Source: Diplonema papillatum
Lineage: Eukaryota
Direction: 5' to 3'
Assembly (NCBI GenBank): GCA_030068145.1
Contig: JAPJBO010001134.1
Span: 1,408 to 65,407 of the forward strand
DNA length: 64,000 nucleotides
The translations under genes and the position numbers were made by a program. The notes under the pieces are model-generated. The model had not been told where the DNA came from. It was given only the letters and a program-made list of their open reading frames with translations, and searched no databases. Below, in pieces: positions 21,405 through 31,925 of this stretch; position 1 is the stretch's first letter; every line of letters starts with the position of its first letter.

Positions 21405-23007
21405 TCAAAGAGATAATAGCTCGCTGTCGGGTTCTGCTGCTCGGTCTGCGCGCCGGTGTCTGATGGTGGCCCCCCCCCGCACCACGGGGGCGTCGAAGTC
21501 AGCCGGCAGCCCCAGGGGCGACGAATCGTCGGAGTACGTGCTCTCGCTCTTCTCGAGCGACGTCTTCGGGAGGGTCAGCAGCGACAGGATCGCGACCGCC
21601 ACCGCCATCGGCACCACCAGCAGCACCATGGGCAGCACCGCGCTCGCCGGTGTCCCTTTGTTCACTTTATACAGCGAGGCTCCACAGTACGACCCCACCA
21701 TGTCCCCGATCCCCTGCGCGGACGCAAGCGCCCCGAAAGCACGCGCCTGGCTGGAAGGCAGGGCGTACAGGGACGCGACGCTCTTGATGATCGGCTCCAA
21801 GCAAGCGAAGCACGCAAACGCCGAGATGGCCCCGGCGACATGCAGCGACTTGCCGGCGAAGGTGCCCCCCGCGTACACGGGTGCTGTGAAGGCGGCGACG
21901 GCGGTCGCGCTTGCGAGAATGGACAAGGCTATGGCGGACCGGAAGTGGCCGTGCGCCCCCTCCAAATACGGGGCGGCCGAGACGAAGGCGGTGACGAGGA
22001 TCGAAGAGGCGAAGAGCACGTACGAGTACTCCACGGGGGACCACTTGTACTGCTCGTGCAGGAAGAGGGGCCACAGCAGCGTGATCACCGAATTGGAGAT
22101 GGCCATCCCGGACAGCGCCACGGCGCACAGCACCAACGAAATGGTGTGACTCGCAGGGGCAGCGGTACGCTCCGTTTGAGCCAACCTTTCAGGCTCACAT
22201 TCACAATCGCCACTGGTCGCAACGTTGCTCAAGCTGCGTTCTGCTTGCGGTTCCACAGCACTAGCCGGGCTTTGCGTGGGACTCCTGCTCGCTTCCACCA
22301 GCGGCTGTATGTCGGTAGAAACGGGTTGCGACAGCTTGTCTCTGTGCTTGAAGAGGATAAAAATCCCGACGAAGCAGAACACCGTGCACACCGCCATGTT
22401 CATCCGGAACCGAGGCAAGTCTTCGCGAAACCCTATGGCCCAAAAGAAGCCGTCCGCCACCGGATAGAGGGCTTTCCCCGCAATACGCAGGACCCCGACC
22501 TGTACCAGGTACCCAGTTACATGGTAGTTCCGCCTCGCCTCGGACGTATGTCGGGTAATATGACTCAGTGTTGCGATCCACAGGTTCCCGCCGCCTAATC
22601 CAAGCAGGGCCACTCCTATCAGACACGCTGTAGTGTCCGTCGCTAGTCCCCGTACCAAGCAACCCATAGCGCACAGGAAGCAGGAGAACGTCATCACTGG
22701 AAAACTCCCGCTTAGATCCAACAACCAGCCGTACAACGGACTGAGGAGCACGCTGCCTCCTGCTGCTATCATGGAGAAGATGCCGATATCCATTTCGGTC
22801 GCGCCGAGTTCAAGGTAGTAGAACGCTGTGACAGGTGCGTGCAAAGCCCCGCCGAAAGACGCCACCCAAATCATGATGATGGCTCCCCTGAACACGTCTT
22901 CATGCAAGAAGTGCTGTGCGACGTCCCACTGCTCTTTCACTCTTTTCGAGACCCCCGTAAACGTCTTTGCCGCCAGGCTGTCCCGCCCGACACATGTCCG
23001 CCCCATA
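21405..23007 (-). CDS. Major facilitator superfamily (MFS) transporter, about 534 aa, apparently a single exon
   Basis: ORF 21405..23159 shows about 12 hydrophobic segments and Gly-rich helices typical of MFS. The first ATG in frame is at about 23007..23005 (MGRTCVGRD...). The ORF track started this ORF at a GTG. Confidence 0.65.
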
Positions 23008-24607
23008 TCACAACCTGAATGTGACGTTTTAGTTATAAAATTCTGCTTGCGCCGTACATCGCCACGGTCTATCCGGTATCCCTCTCCTGGAGCATAAGAA
23101 CTCTTTTTTTGTGCTGTCTTGCACGCTACGGCATTGACACGTACAAAGGAGGTAGTCACCTGAGTGACGAATGCAGCCCATCGCCACAGAAGCTCTGCAT
23201 TCTACCTTCAAACTTTCGTGAGACCAAGGGTTTTGGCGAAGGTGTTGAAGACGAAAGCGCGGAGCAGGACCATTGCTATCCTGTCGTCGGCTGAGGAGGG
23301 TCGGGTCGTTGCGCACCGTCGGCGCTCCGCGGTACCTCACCCACGGGTATGAGTTCCGCCCGGTCTTTCGGGCAGGCGAGGAGACCATGCGGATGCTCGA
23401 GACCCAGCTAATGGCCTGCAGACACGGGTTTTTGTGGCGTGGCGCGGGGGATAAACAGTTTCTCCGGATAAGACGGTGTGCGCGGGGTGCGGGCAGGAAG
23501 AGAGACGAGTTGGCGTACAGGGACCATCTCTCCGAGGAGTTTCCGGTCGCCTCAATACAACCACGTACTTCTAAGGCGGGTGTAGGTCGTTCCGTCGGAG
23601 GCACGTTGCGGGCCGCGGCCCCGTCACCGAGGGTGACGGCGTCGGTGTTGACACAACCGGGGCCGATCTGGCTGGCGGGCGAGCGCGTTTCGCGGGGGAG
23701 CACCGTCTTGACGCGTCGCGGGCTCTCTTCTTCTTGGCAATTGCACGGCCTACGGCGGCGGCTAGCGTCTGATGGGAAACTTCAGCGCCCACTGAAAGAA
23801 AGGAATACGTGCGCCCTGACCACCAGCGGGTGTGAATGCAGATTGTATCTGAAGGTGATGTGCACTTGCGAGACGCGGCCACCACCACCACCACTAACAC
23901 AAACATCGCGCGACGGGTGAAACAGTGTCGCAGGAAGCGTGAGGACTAGCCAGAGCCTCGAAGGACCTGCGACAACGCAGCGTCCGGACAGTTGAGAGGG
24001 ATAGTGGGACGAGTTGGAGAGTGCGCTGATGCGCGGACGAGGGCAAGCCCCTCCCGCGTTGATGATGCACCCACAATAGGTCGACGGCGAAATGAGAAAA
24101 GGCGCGGGGAGAAATACGTTCAGTACACTTGAATTAATCACGAGGGGAAGGAGCATTTGAACACGATCTACGGCAAGACAAAAAAAAAAGCAAAAGGTGG
24201 TTTGGTACAGGTACTAGGGGACAGCCCTCGATGAGGGACGTGTTGGAGAAGACGAGGGAAAGGGAATCATTTGACACTGGGTGGCGCCGGTCTCTTGGCA
24301 GAAACGAAGCCTCCAAGACGGTGCGAAGCTCGGTAAGGTGAGACCAGCGCGGGATACCAGCAGGCCGAGTATCAGCCGGGTTGTATCCATTTGTGAGCAG
24401 GCTGGTGCCACTACTGATGGAGGGTGAGCCCGTCGGGCCAGCGAGAGGAACTTCGGTTGCACACCGTCGACTCACGACAAAATACATCGATATCAACTCA
24501 ACATTGAGATACTCATTTTTGGAGCATTGATTCTGCAGCAACCGGGCGAGCTGCTGCCCAGCGGTTGCTTTCACGCTGCAATTCAGGGTTCCTTTCTTTC
24601 GCTCCAT

Positions 24608-24608
<1 letters not shown>

Positions 24609-24650
<42 letters not shown>
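24609..24650. repeat. (CA)21 microsatellite immediately 5' of the retrotransposon
   Basis: Direct read: cacacaca... Confidence 0.95.
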
Positions 24651-24652
<2 letters not shown>

Positions 24653-24694
24653 GGGGAAAACCATAACGCACTCAACACATACTCAAACGGTAAA

Positions 24695-25933
24695 ATGACT
24701 ACGAACAACCTCCACGCGGTCCCCCTGGGGCCCGAGGGAATACCCTCGGGCAGCGAAAGGTTCGAAGCCGAAGTGCGTGTGGTGCACCTACCCGAAACCC
24801 GTGCATACACTCTGCGTCTTGAGACGTTGAAGGGGCGGGTAGGTGCGTACGAGCGCCTGGTCGAGCAGCTTGGGTGGGCTGGGGCCAGAGTGCGGATCAA
24901 GAAGGGAGTCGCGCACATCGAGGCGACGGAGCCACCACCAGTTGCCAAGGTGCGCGTTGGCGAGGAGGAAGGCGAAATCGTCGACGTCGAGGCGCGCGAC
25001 CGGGCCCGGCAAGAGGCGCACCGACAGGAGCGCATCCAGCGAACCCGCCAAGAGCTGGACAGCCTCGCCGCTGCAGGACCGCCGAAACGCCTGCCGGACA
25101 ACGGGGCCCCCAGGGGACCCACGTACTCCAAGCCCGAGTTCCTCGCCGAGTTCGGGAAGAAGAAGGGGGAAGACGAGTGGCGCTGGGCGCTCAAAGCGCA
25201 TGAAGAAGTGCGGAAGAGGCAGCTGACGAGACTGCGGGAGCAGCTGAAGGAGCTGTCCCCGACGGACGACGCGGAGATGCGAGAAGAGAGGCGCGAGCAG
25301 GGGAACCAGGACGAGACGGCAGCGGCCTGGGAAGCCTGGGCGCAGCAGCAGAGCAGGCAGCGAGAGGCCTGGCAGAAGGAGCGAACTGCCGCGCGAGAGG
25401 CTTGGGAGGGCGCGTTCGAAAAGCGCTTCCGAAGCTGGGCTGACGCCCAGACGCAGATAGCCACCAAGCGCGAAGACAACGCCTACACGCGCCAGATAGG
25501 GTGGATGGCGGAGACGGAGCAGAAGCTGGACCGTATTACGCAGGAGATGTGCGCCAGAATCGACTCAGCGCTTGGGAGAATTGCACAGGTCGCACAGCAA
25601 TCTGCCGCCGCAGGCGTGCCCGCGCGGACAGACGAGCCCGTACCTGCAATCCAACCGACTCCACCCCCTGCCGAGCCGCCGGTACCTTTAGCCGAAAACG
25701 CCGCGCAGGAGCCCCTCCCGGCCCAGCCCCTCACCACAGCTTCCAAGAAAGGGAAGAAAGCTAAGAAGGAGGCTGACGAAAAGGAGCTGGCCGAGCAGTT
25801 GAAGCAGCTCAACGAAGCTACAAAGAGACCGGTCGCCGGAAAGGCGAAGGGCGGGAAAGGCGGGGGTAAGCAGCAGCTCCTGACTGACATGGTGTCAACC
25901 AACCGCTACAGCCCCATCGATAAAAAGTAGGGG
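24695..25933 (+). CDS. LINE ORF1: coiled-coil (E/R/Q-rich) protein with a Lys-rich basic C-terminal tail
   Basis: ATG at 24695 (MTTNNLHAVPL...). The track ORF beginning at 24527 reads the upstream (CA)n as HTHTHT. The ORF ends at the TAG at 25931-25933, and ORF2 follows in the same reading frame. Confidence 0.6.
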
Positions 25934-25975
25934 GCTGGGCGTGCCGGACAAGAACTGACACCAAGCAAGGAAAAC

Positions 25976-28900
25976 GTGTCAACTGGCGCTGTCCGGTGCG
26001 CCAACCCTACTACTGGCAAGCGAAATCGACGAGGGGAGGAAGTCAAGAGTGTAAACCAGTCAACCGCCGTGAATCAACCGACGCCAGCTGAAAGCGGCGA
26101 CACGGAACTCGACAGGGCGGCTGCGATCTTGCGCGCGAAGCGGATACCGGTTGAGAAAGATGGTAACTGCCAATTTGCCGCGCTGCTGCGAAGTAGTAAG
26201 CTGAGTCTTTCGGCTACTTCCCTAAGGCAGAAGGTAACCTGGCAGCTGCGACACCACCCGCCTTCGGCGTTCCTCCCTACTGATTCGTCTCTATCTGAGT
26301 ATCTTTCCACCGTAGCGCGGGACGGACACTACGGTGACCACCTCACGTTGCAAGCCGCAGCAGAAGTGCTGAAGGCAACTGTGTGGGTACTATCAACAAC
26401 GAATTTGGCGCACCTCAGGTGCGAAGGAAGAGCTGGTAATTCGTCACGCATCATCACCGTGACGTACCGGCCGCAGCACTATGACGCGTTGCACGTACCG
26501 CATGAAACTCTGCAGCTGCTGTCGACCCTCGGCCCCGAGGTGTCACAGCTTCCCCTGAGTGAGATAGCAGCAGACAGTAAACCCAGACTCTCAGCCCGGA
26601 ATACGATAGCGCCCCCTGGTCGCACGATAGTGCTAGCAACGGCAAACGTGGGTTCCATAAATGCGAGAAGTCGGACAGTGGCGACCCTCCCGGCGGACAT
26701 CGTCGCTCTGCAAGAGACCAGGGCGGGCCCAGAGACAAAAAGGACATGCGGGCTGTTTCTTGCGGCATACGGATGGGACTGTCACTGGGGCGAAGACGTG
26801 CCTGTTGTTGTGGGTGCGAACGGTATAGGACAACGGGTGCCAGGAGGCGCAGCTGTCGCCACCCGCGGCATGGTGGCTAGTGTCTCCCAGCCCACAACAG
26901 AGTTGGAGAGAGAGTTGGCGAGGAGTACACGAGTCGCGCACGCGGTGGTGGCAACGGGAAATGCGCGTATGGTGCTGCACGTGATATCGGTGTATGCACC
27001 CGTAGGCAGGGAGGCGGCGGTGGTACGGGATCGGGAGAAGCTCATTGCAGATGTTTTCGAAATGGCGGCAGGACTCGGGCAGGTACCGATAGCTGTCATG
27101 GGTGACTTCAACACGCCGGCAGAGGAAAGCATGTCCCTGACCACAGCCTGCCAAAGTGGATGGGTCGATGCGGCGTCAGCGGCTGCGCGAGCGGGGTCAC
27201 AGGACGCACCGCCCACCTGCTGGGCGGCGGCGGCGGGCTCCCGAATAGACATGTGCTTCCTGAACGCAGTAGCAGCACAGACCGTGGTGACCGTCCAAAC
27301 CGCGAAAGCGGGAGAGTATGACATACCGACCCACTGCCCAATCTTTGTCACACTCAACATACCGGCTTTCACGCCGCCCAAACGCAACCACCGGATACCC
27401 GCCCCTTTCCCGAGGAGAGTGCCAGTGCAGACGCAGGAGCAGAAGCAGAGCATGCTAGCGTCGGCCTTGCGTCGAAAGCGAACGGAAAGTGGGGCGGACG
27501 GGGCGTTGAGGAATGCGTCTGAAGTGGCGGAGGCGTACCTGATTGATTTGCACCGAGAGAACCTCGAACCAGGGTCGACTGCTTACCGGGGTAGAGCCGG
27601 CGGCTACCGCACACGGGAGGCGCACGCATCTGCGAGGCAGGCATGCACGACGCGAGGAGCTATGAATTGGTCCACGAAGCAACGCGATAGAGTTCTTGGA
27701 ATGCTACGCTCAGTGGTCGCGGAGGCAAGGCAGAGGCTCGGTAGCGGACAAGTGGGTGCGATGACGGTAGCAGAACGCAACGCACGAAACGCGTTGCGGA
27801 GAAGAAATGTGGAAGAGTTCTTACCGCAGCTCACGCACTTCGGAAGCAGCGATGAGTTGCAGGAACTCGTGGCGGCGGTAGAGAGGCTGGAAGGATCCCA
27901 ACGTGAAGCGATTGCCGCGCTGAAGACGCAGCGCTCACGCCTCTGGAAGGATCGAATGCAGAAGGCTTGGAGTGGCCCAGAAAAAGGCGATATATATCGG
28001 TTTCTAGCTGGACAGCAAGGGATCCCAACGGCATTTCTGCGACGACAGGATGGCACCTTAACCGCGTGCCCGACGGAGATCGATGAGATGCTGAGAGGGC
28101 CCGGCGCCTGGGGAGGTATATTTCAAAAGTATGCGGACCAACCGGAGCCAGAGTGGGAGGCATTCAAGTCGCAGTACGCACGGTATCTACCCGCGCCGCA
28201 TGCGATGGAATGCGAGCCCATCAGTGCTGCTGATGTGGACGCGGCACTCAAGAAGATGAAAAAGACATCGTCCCCCGGACTACATGGATGGCGCGTGCAC
28301 GAGCTACGACAACTCCCCTCGGAAATCCTACAACTCATGGCAGATGCCATGAACGCAGTGGAAAGCGAGGGACGATGGCCGGAACAGCTAATGCATGCGA
28401 TCATTCACCTGCTTCCGAAGCCCGAAAGCAACGGGGACCCCTTGTCGCAACGACCGATTTCGATAACGCCTGTCCTGTACCGGATATGGGCAGCCGTAAG
28501 GGCGAAGGCAGCACTCGCGTGGATGGACGAGATTGCGCCGAGCGGCCTGCATGGATGTCGGAAGGAACATGGAACAGACGACCTGGTATGGCACTTGGCA
28601 GCGCTTATCGAAGAGGCGCACCTAACGGGAGAGCCACTCTTTGGCCTAGCGCTGGACTTCCAAAAGTGCTTTGACTCGGTACCGATCGAAGTAGCCTTTA
28701 AGCTGGCCGAGGAGCTGGGGTTTAACGAGGTTGTACTGCGGACTCTGAGGGCAGCCTACACCAACATGCGGCGTCACTTCCGGGTGGGAGCAACGGTTGG
28801 AGAAGGCTTCGTGCCTACGAACGGGATAATGCAGGGATGCCCGCTGAGTGTCATCCTAATTAACGTCATCATCAGTGTCTGGATGCGACACGTAGCGGAC

Positions 28901-31768
28901 ATCGAAGCGGCGATTCCGCTATCGTACGTCGATGACGTGTATGCAATGCTGAAGACGTTTGCCGATTTAGAGGAGGCAGCCAGGCGGTCAGGAATGTTCG
29001 CCGGGCTGACCGGGATGAAAGTCTGCACGCAGAAAAAGTCGCATTTTTTCACGACGGCGTCGGACACCCCGCAAACCCTTGATTATGCGGAAAGCGACGG
29101 CACAGCAGTGAACAACGGGCGACAAGAAGGTATACAAAGGCGGGTGACATTCGACGTTCTCGGCGTGATGCTAACCACAGAGAAGGTGCCACCGGGGGAG
29201 GTAATTCGGCCGTCGAAACGGATTGTGGAGAGGAACTCCGAAGCTGAGCGGGTGCTGAAAAGGGCAGCTTGCCTCCCGCTGCCAGGCGAAGCGAAGGACC
29301 TCGTGGTCAGCATGTCAGCGGGAGCTAAACGGTACTACGGTGCAGCAGTATCGGGAATGACGAAGCGGGACAGCGTGCGCCTGAGAAGATTGTTCACGGA
29401 GGCGATGTGGACTGGGCCGCCGCGCCGAGCTCAAGAGGCGGTCCTACATATCCTACATCATGGGCACCGACTCGACCCGGTAGTTGTGCCGGCATACAGA
29501 AGAATCACCACCTGGGCAGTGCAACTCAAGAAGTGGGAGTCCGCGAGATCTCTGTCACAGACAGCGTGGGAGCACAGCGACTCGCTTGCGACATTGCATG
29601 GACCTTTCGCCTTCTTCAAAGAAGCGCTAGACGGACTCGGGTGGCGATGGGTGGCACCAACCAGCATCGCCTACACGAACGAAGCCGGAGACGAGGTAGT
29701 GCATGATGCAGCGGCACAGGACAACACGAAGCTTCTACAGCACGACCTGCGATACGCTTTGAGACTACGCGAAATGGCTCAGCTCGCGGCAAGGCGGGGA
29801 GGAGACTTCGGGGGAGTGCGGGACGGGGTGGATTACCAGACAACCCGGCACCTGCTGGAGATGCACGATTCCCCACTCACCGCGTATCAAGCCGGCATGC
29901 TGAAATCAGTGATTGTGGGAGCCACGCCGGCGGCTGGACGAACAGGGGCCGGTGAAGAAAGCTGTCTATACTGCAATACGGAGGAACGAGAAACGGTGGA
30001 TCACCTTTTCTGGAGCTGCCCCGCTTGGGAGCACTTGCGCGCGAAGTACGAAGACATAAGGACCATGCAGGTAAACTGGCCCCCGTGTCTGCGCTTGTGC
30101 GGGATAGCCCCAGCCCCTCAGGTAGACGAAAGCACCTCCGTGCTGCCGGCAGAAAAGGAGAAAAGGCGGCATGTAGTGAAGCGACTGCAACTGTTCTTTG
30201 TCGAAGTGCTGAGGGAACGCCAGGGTGCCGACGGCCTGCTCGACAGGTCAGCCCGGCATCACAGGACAGAGAGCTACCCGCGAGGCTGGAGACCAACTGA
30301 ACCCTGCCGACTCGCAGTCCCTTTCATTGCGCCATCCGCCGTGACAACGAAATGGAAATACGGACGGGAAATGTGGATGGCGTTCACCGACTGGCTGCGG
30401 CAGGTGAAATGGGCACCCCCGGGACACGACGAGCTGGGCATCAGCTTCATCGAGTTAGCTGTAGAGTTCGAAATGCACACCGGACAGCGGCTCCCTGACC
30501 TCAAAAGCAGGTACTATACAGCAGTACCTCAAGCACAGACAGGCAAGGTGACAGCAGCTCGCACAACGCTAGCGGATGGGGAAATGGGCGACAGCAGGTT
30601 GCTTGTGTGCTTCGATGGTGGGGCGAGAGCGAACGGAACCGCCTTCGCCGTTGCTGGCGCAGGGGCGGTGATGTACCGAGACGGCGTCAAGGTGTCGGAG
30701 GTAATCCTGCCGCTGCCCACCGTGCGCAGCAATAACGTGGCAGAGTATGAAGCGGTGCTAGCGGGCCTGCATCTGCTGAACGAAGCGAACGATGCGGACG
30801 GCACGCAGTGTACGGTGCGGGGGGACTCGGCACTGGTAGTGGGGCAGCTTTTGCGACGCCTGGCATGTTCCGAGGAGCTCAAGCCATACCAGACACGCGC
30901 TGCCAGAATGGTTTCTTCCCTGCAGCGACGGATGACAGTGCGCATCGAGCACGTCAAGCGCGAGAGGAACACGGACGCTGATGCCCTGAGTAACGCCGCC
31001 ATGGACTTGGTGCAGCGCCAGCGGCCGACTCCTCGAAGGCAAGAGAAGATGCTAACCGACTTTCGCCGGTCCGCCTTGGGCAAAGCGCTTAGCCTCGTTG
31101 AGATGGGGAAGGCGTACAAGAAGGTGACGGGGCAGCCGTGGTTCTATGGCCATGAGTACTCCTCCACCGTGCTGACATCCCTGGGAGGGACGGTTGTACG
31201 GGGCGTCTCCCGACGAGCGCAGCTGTCAGAGGCGACAGAAGGCATCATCGTGAGGATACGCGAACACGCGCAGGCGGGAATCGCGGACGAACATGAGAGC
31301 AGCCCTTACCCGCCACACCTGAAGTGGGCCGCAACCTTCTTGCCAGAGGAGGCTTACCCGGCAGGATGGACACAGGGAAAACCCGACTGGAAAGGCAGAA
31401 CGGAAGAGGCCGAAAGGGGTTCAAGCACTGACCCGCGCAAAGGTGCCCCCCCGTGCGAGGCCCCAGAAGGCGCTGCTAACACTTCCCGCCCTGGAGTGGT
31501 TTGCTCGCTCCACAAAAAGCCGCGATGCAGTGAGTGCGTAAAAAAGCGTCTACCGGCGGAGACCTGCTGTCGCCTCAAGCAGCATCATCACGGATCGGAT
31601 GGTCTAAGGCCCCGGATGCACTTCTGCACAGCTCACAGACTAGGACGTTGCGGCGATTGTGTGGCTGAAAACGAAGCATTAGCCAGCTGCTGCACAAAGC
31701 ATCACGCAAACAGGAGAGCGAATGGAGGCCCCCACTCCCAGCCCGGGGGTGCATCGGCCGTCACCTAG
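25976..31768 (+). CDS. LINE ORF2 polyprotein (1930 aa). N to C: OTU-like cysteine protease, AP (exo/endo/phosphatase) endonuclease, reverse transcriptase, Cys-rich knuckle, RNase H, Cys/His-rich C-terminus.
   Basis: OTU: VEKDGNCQFAALLRS, then GDHLTLQAAAEVL and RPQHYDAL. Endonuclease: IVALQETRAG, and later GDFNTPAEE. Reverse transcriptase: the F/YxDD box is YVDDV. Knuckle: CLYCN...H...C. RNase H: FDGGARANG, VAEYEA, GDS. C-terminus: CSLHKKPRCSECVKK...CTAHRLGRCGDC. Confidence 0.85.
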   Translation: MSTGAVRCANPTTGKRNRRGEEVKSVNQSTAVNQPTPAESGDTELDRAAAILRAKRIPVEKDGNCQFAALLRSSKLSLSATSLRQKVTWQLRHHPPSAFLPTDSSLSEYLSTVARDGHYGDHLTLQAAAEVLKATVWVLSTTNLAHLRCEGRAGNSSRIITVTYRPQHYDALHVPHETLQLLSTLGPEVSQLPLSEIAADSKPRLSARNTIAPPGRTIVLATANVGSINARSRTVATLPADIVALQETRAGPETKRTCGLFLAAYGWDCHWGEDVPVVVGANGIGQRVPGGAAVATRGMVASVSQPTTELERELARSTRVAHAVVATGNARMVLHVISVYAPVGREAAVVRDREKLIADVFEMAAGLGQVPIAVMGDFNTPAEESMSLTTACQSGWVDAASAAARAGSQDAPPTCWAAAAGSRIDMCFLNAVAAQTVVTVQTAKAGEYDIPTHCPIFVTLNIPAFTPPKRNHRIPAPFPRRVPVQTQEQKQSMLASALRRKRTESGADGALRNASEVAEAYLIDLHRENLEPGSTAYRGRAGGYRTREAHASARQACTTRGAMNWSTKQRDRVLGMLRSVVAEARQRLGSGQVGAMTVAERNARNALRRRNVEEFLPQLTHFGSSDELQELVAAVERLEGSQREAIAALKTQRSRLWKDRMQKAWSGPEKGDIYRFLAGQQGIPTAFLRRQDGTLTACPTEIDEMLRGPGAWGGIFQKYADQPEPEWEAFKSQYARYLPAPHAMECEPISAADVDAALKKMKKTSSPGLHGWRVHELRQLPSEILQLMADAMNAVESEGRWPEQLMHAIIHLLPKPESNGDPLSQRPISITPVLYRIWAAVRAKAALAWMDEIAPSGLHGCRKEHGTDDLVWHLAALIEEAHLTGEPLFGLALDFQKCFDSVPIEVAFKLAEELGFNEVVLRTLRAAYTNMRRHFRVGATVGEGFVPTNGIMQGCPLSVILINVIISVWMRHVADIEAAIPLSYVDDVYAMLKTFADLEEAARRSGMFAGLTGMKVCTQKKSHFFTTASDTPQTLDYAESDGTAVNNGRQEGIQRRVTFDVLGVMLTTEKVPPGEVIRPSKRIVERNSEAERVLKRAACLPLPGEAKDLVVSMSAGAKRYYGAAVSGMTKRDSVRLRRLFTEAMWTGPPRRAQEAVLHILHHGHRLDPVVVPAYRRITTWAVQLKKWESARSLSQTAWEHSDSLATLHGPFAFFKEALDGLGWRWVAPTSIAYTNEAGDEVVHDAAAQDNTKLLQHDLRYALRLREMAQLAARRGGDFGGVRDGVDYQTTRHLLEMHDSPLTAYQAGMLKSVIVGATPAAGRTGAGEESCLYCNTEERETVDHLFWSCPAWEHLRAKYEDIRTMQVNWPPCLRLCGIAPAPQVDESTSVLPAEKEKRRHVVKRLQLFFVEVLRERQGADGLLDRSARHHRTESYPRGWRPTEPCRLAVPFIAPSAVTTKWKYGREMWMAFTDWLRQVKWAPPGHDELGISFIELAVEFEMHTGQRLPDLKSRYYTAVPQAQTGKVTAARTTLADGEMGDSRLLVCFDGGARANGTAFAVAGAGAVMYRDGVKVSEVILPLPTVRSNNVAEYEAVLAGLHLLNEANDADGTQCTVRGDSALVVGQLLRRLACSEELKPYQTRAARMVSSLQRRMTVRIEHVKRERNTDADALSNAAMDLVQRQRPTPRRQEKMLTDFRRSALGKALSLVEMGKAYKKVTGQPWFYGHEYSSTVLTSLGGTVVRGVSRRAQLSEATEGIIVRIREHAQAGIADEHESSPYPPHLKWAATFLPEEAYPAGWTQGKPDWKGRTEEAERGSSTDPRKGAPPCEAPEGAANTSRPGVVCSLHKKPRCSECVKKRLPAETCCRLKQHHHGSDGLRPRMHFCTAHRLGRCGDCVAENEALASCCTKHHANRRANGGPHSQPGGASAVT

Positions 31769-31828
31769 CTTAATCTGAGCGTGGTCGTACTTTCGTGAAG
31801 GGAGGCACCACGTTAAAACGGGTCCGTA

Positions 31829-31862
31829 ACACACACACACACAAACACAAACACAAACACAA
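31829..31862. repeat. (AC)n/(ACACAAAC)n microsatellite-like 3' tail of the LINE, followed by (TCAC)3
   Basis: Direct read at 31829-31876. Confidence 0.8.
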
Positions 31863-31925
31863 TCACTCACTCACTCGCTGACGGAAGGTAACACAAAACA
31901 GAAGCGCTGTGTGCCGCGCAACTTT

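Larger units (their letters stand above)
24651..31862 (+). mobile_element. Full-length non-LTR (LINE) retrotransposon, about 7.2 kb, with two ORFs. ORF2 has an N-terminal OTU-like cysteine protease domain. The 3' tail is a microsatellite.
   Basis: ORF1 and ORF2 are described in the next two entries. A (CA)n repeat lies at the 5' flank, and the 3' tail at 31829-31862 reads (ACACAAAC)n. Confidence 0.8.

Noticed and set aside
24527-24694. An N-terminal extension of LINE ORF1 including a His-Thr repeat (HTHTHTHT)
   Set aside because: It is simply the translation of the (CA)21 microsatellite. The first convincing start is the ATG at 24695.
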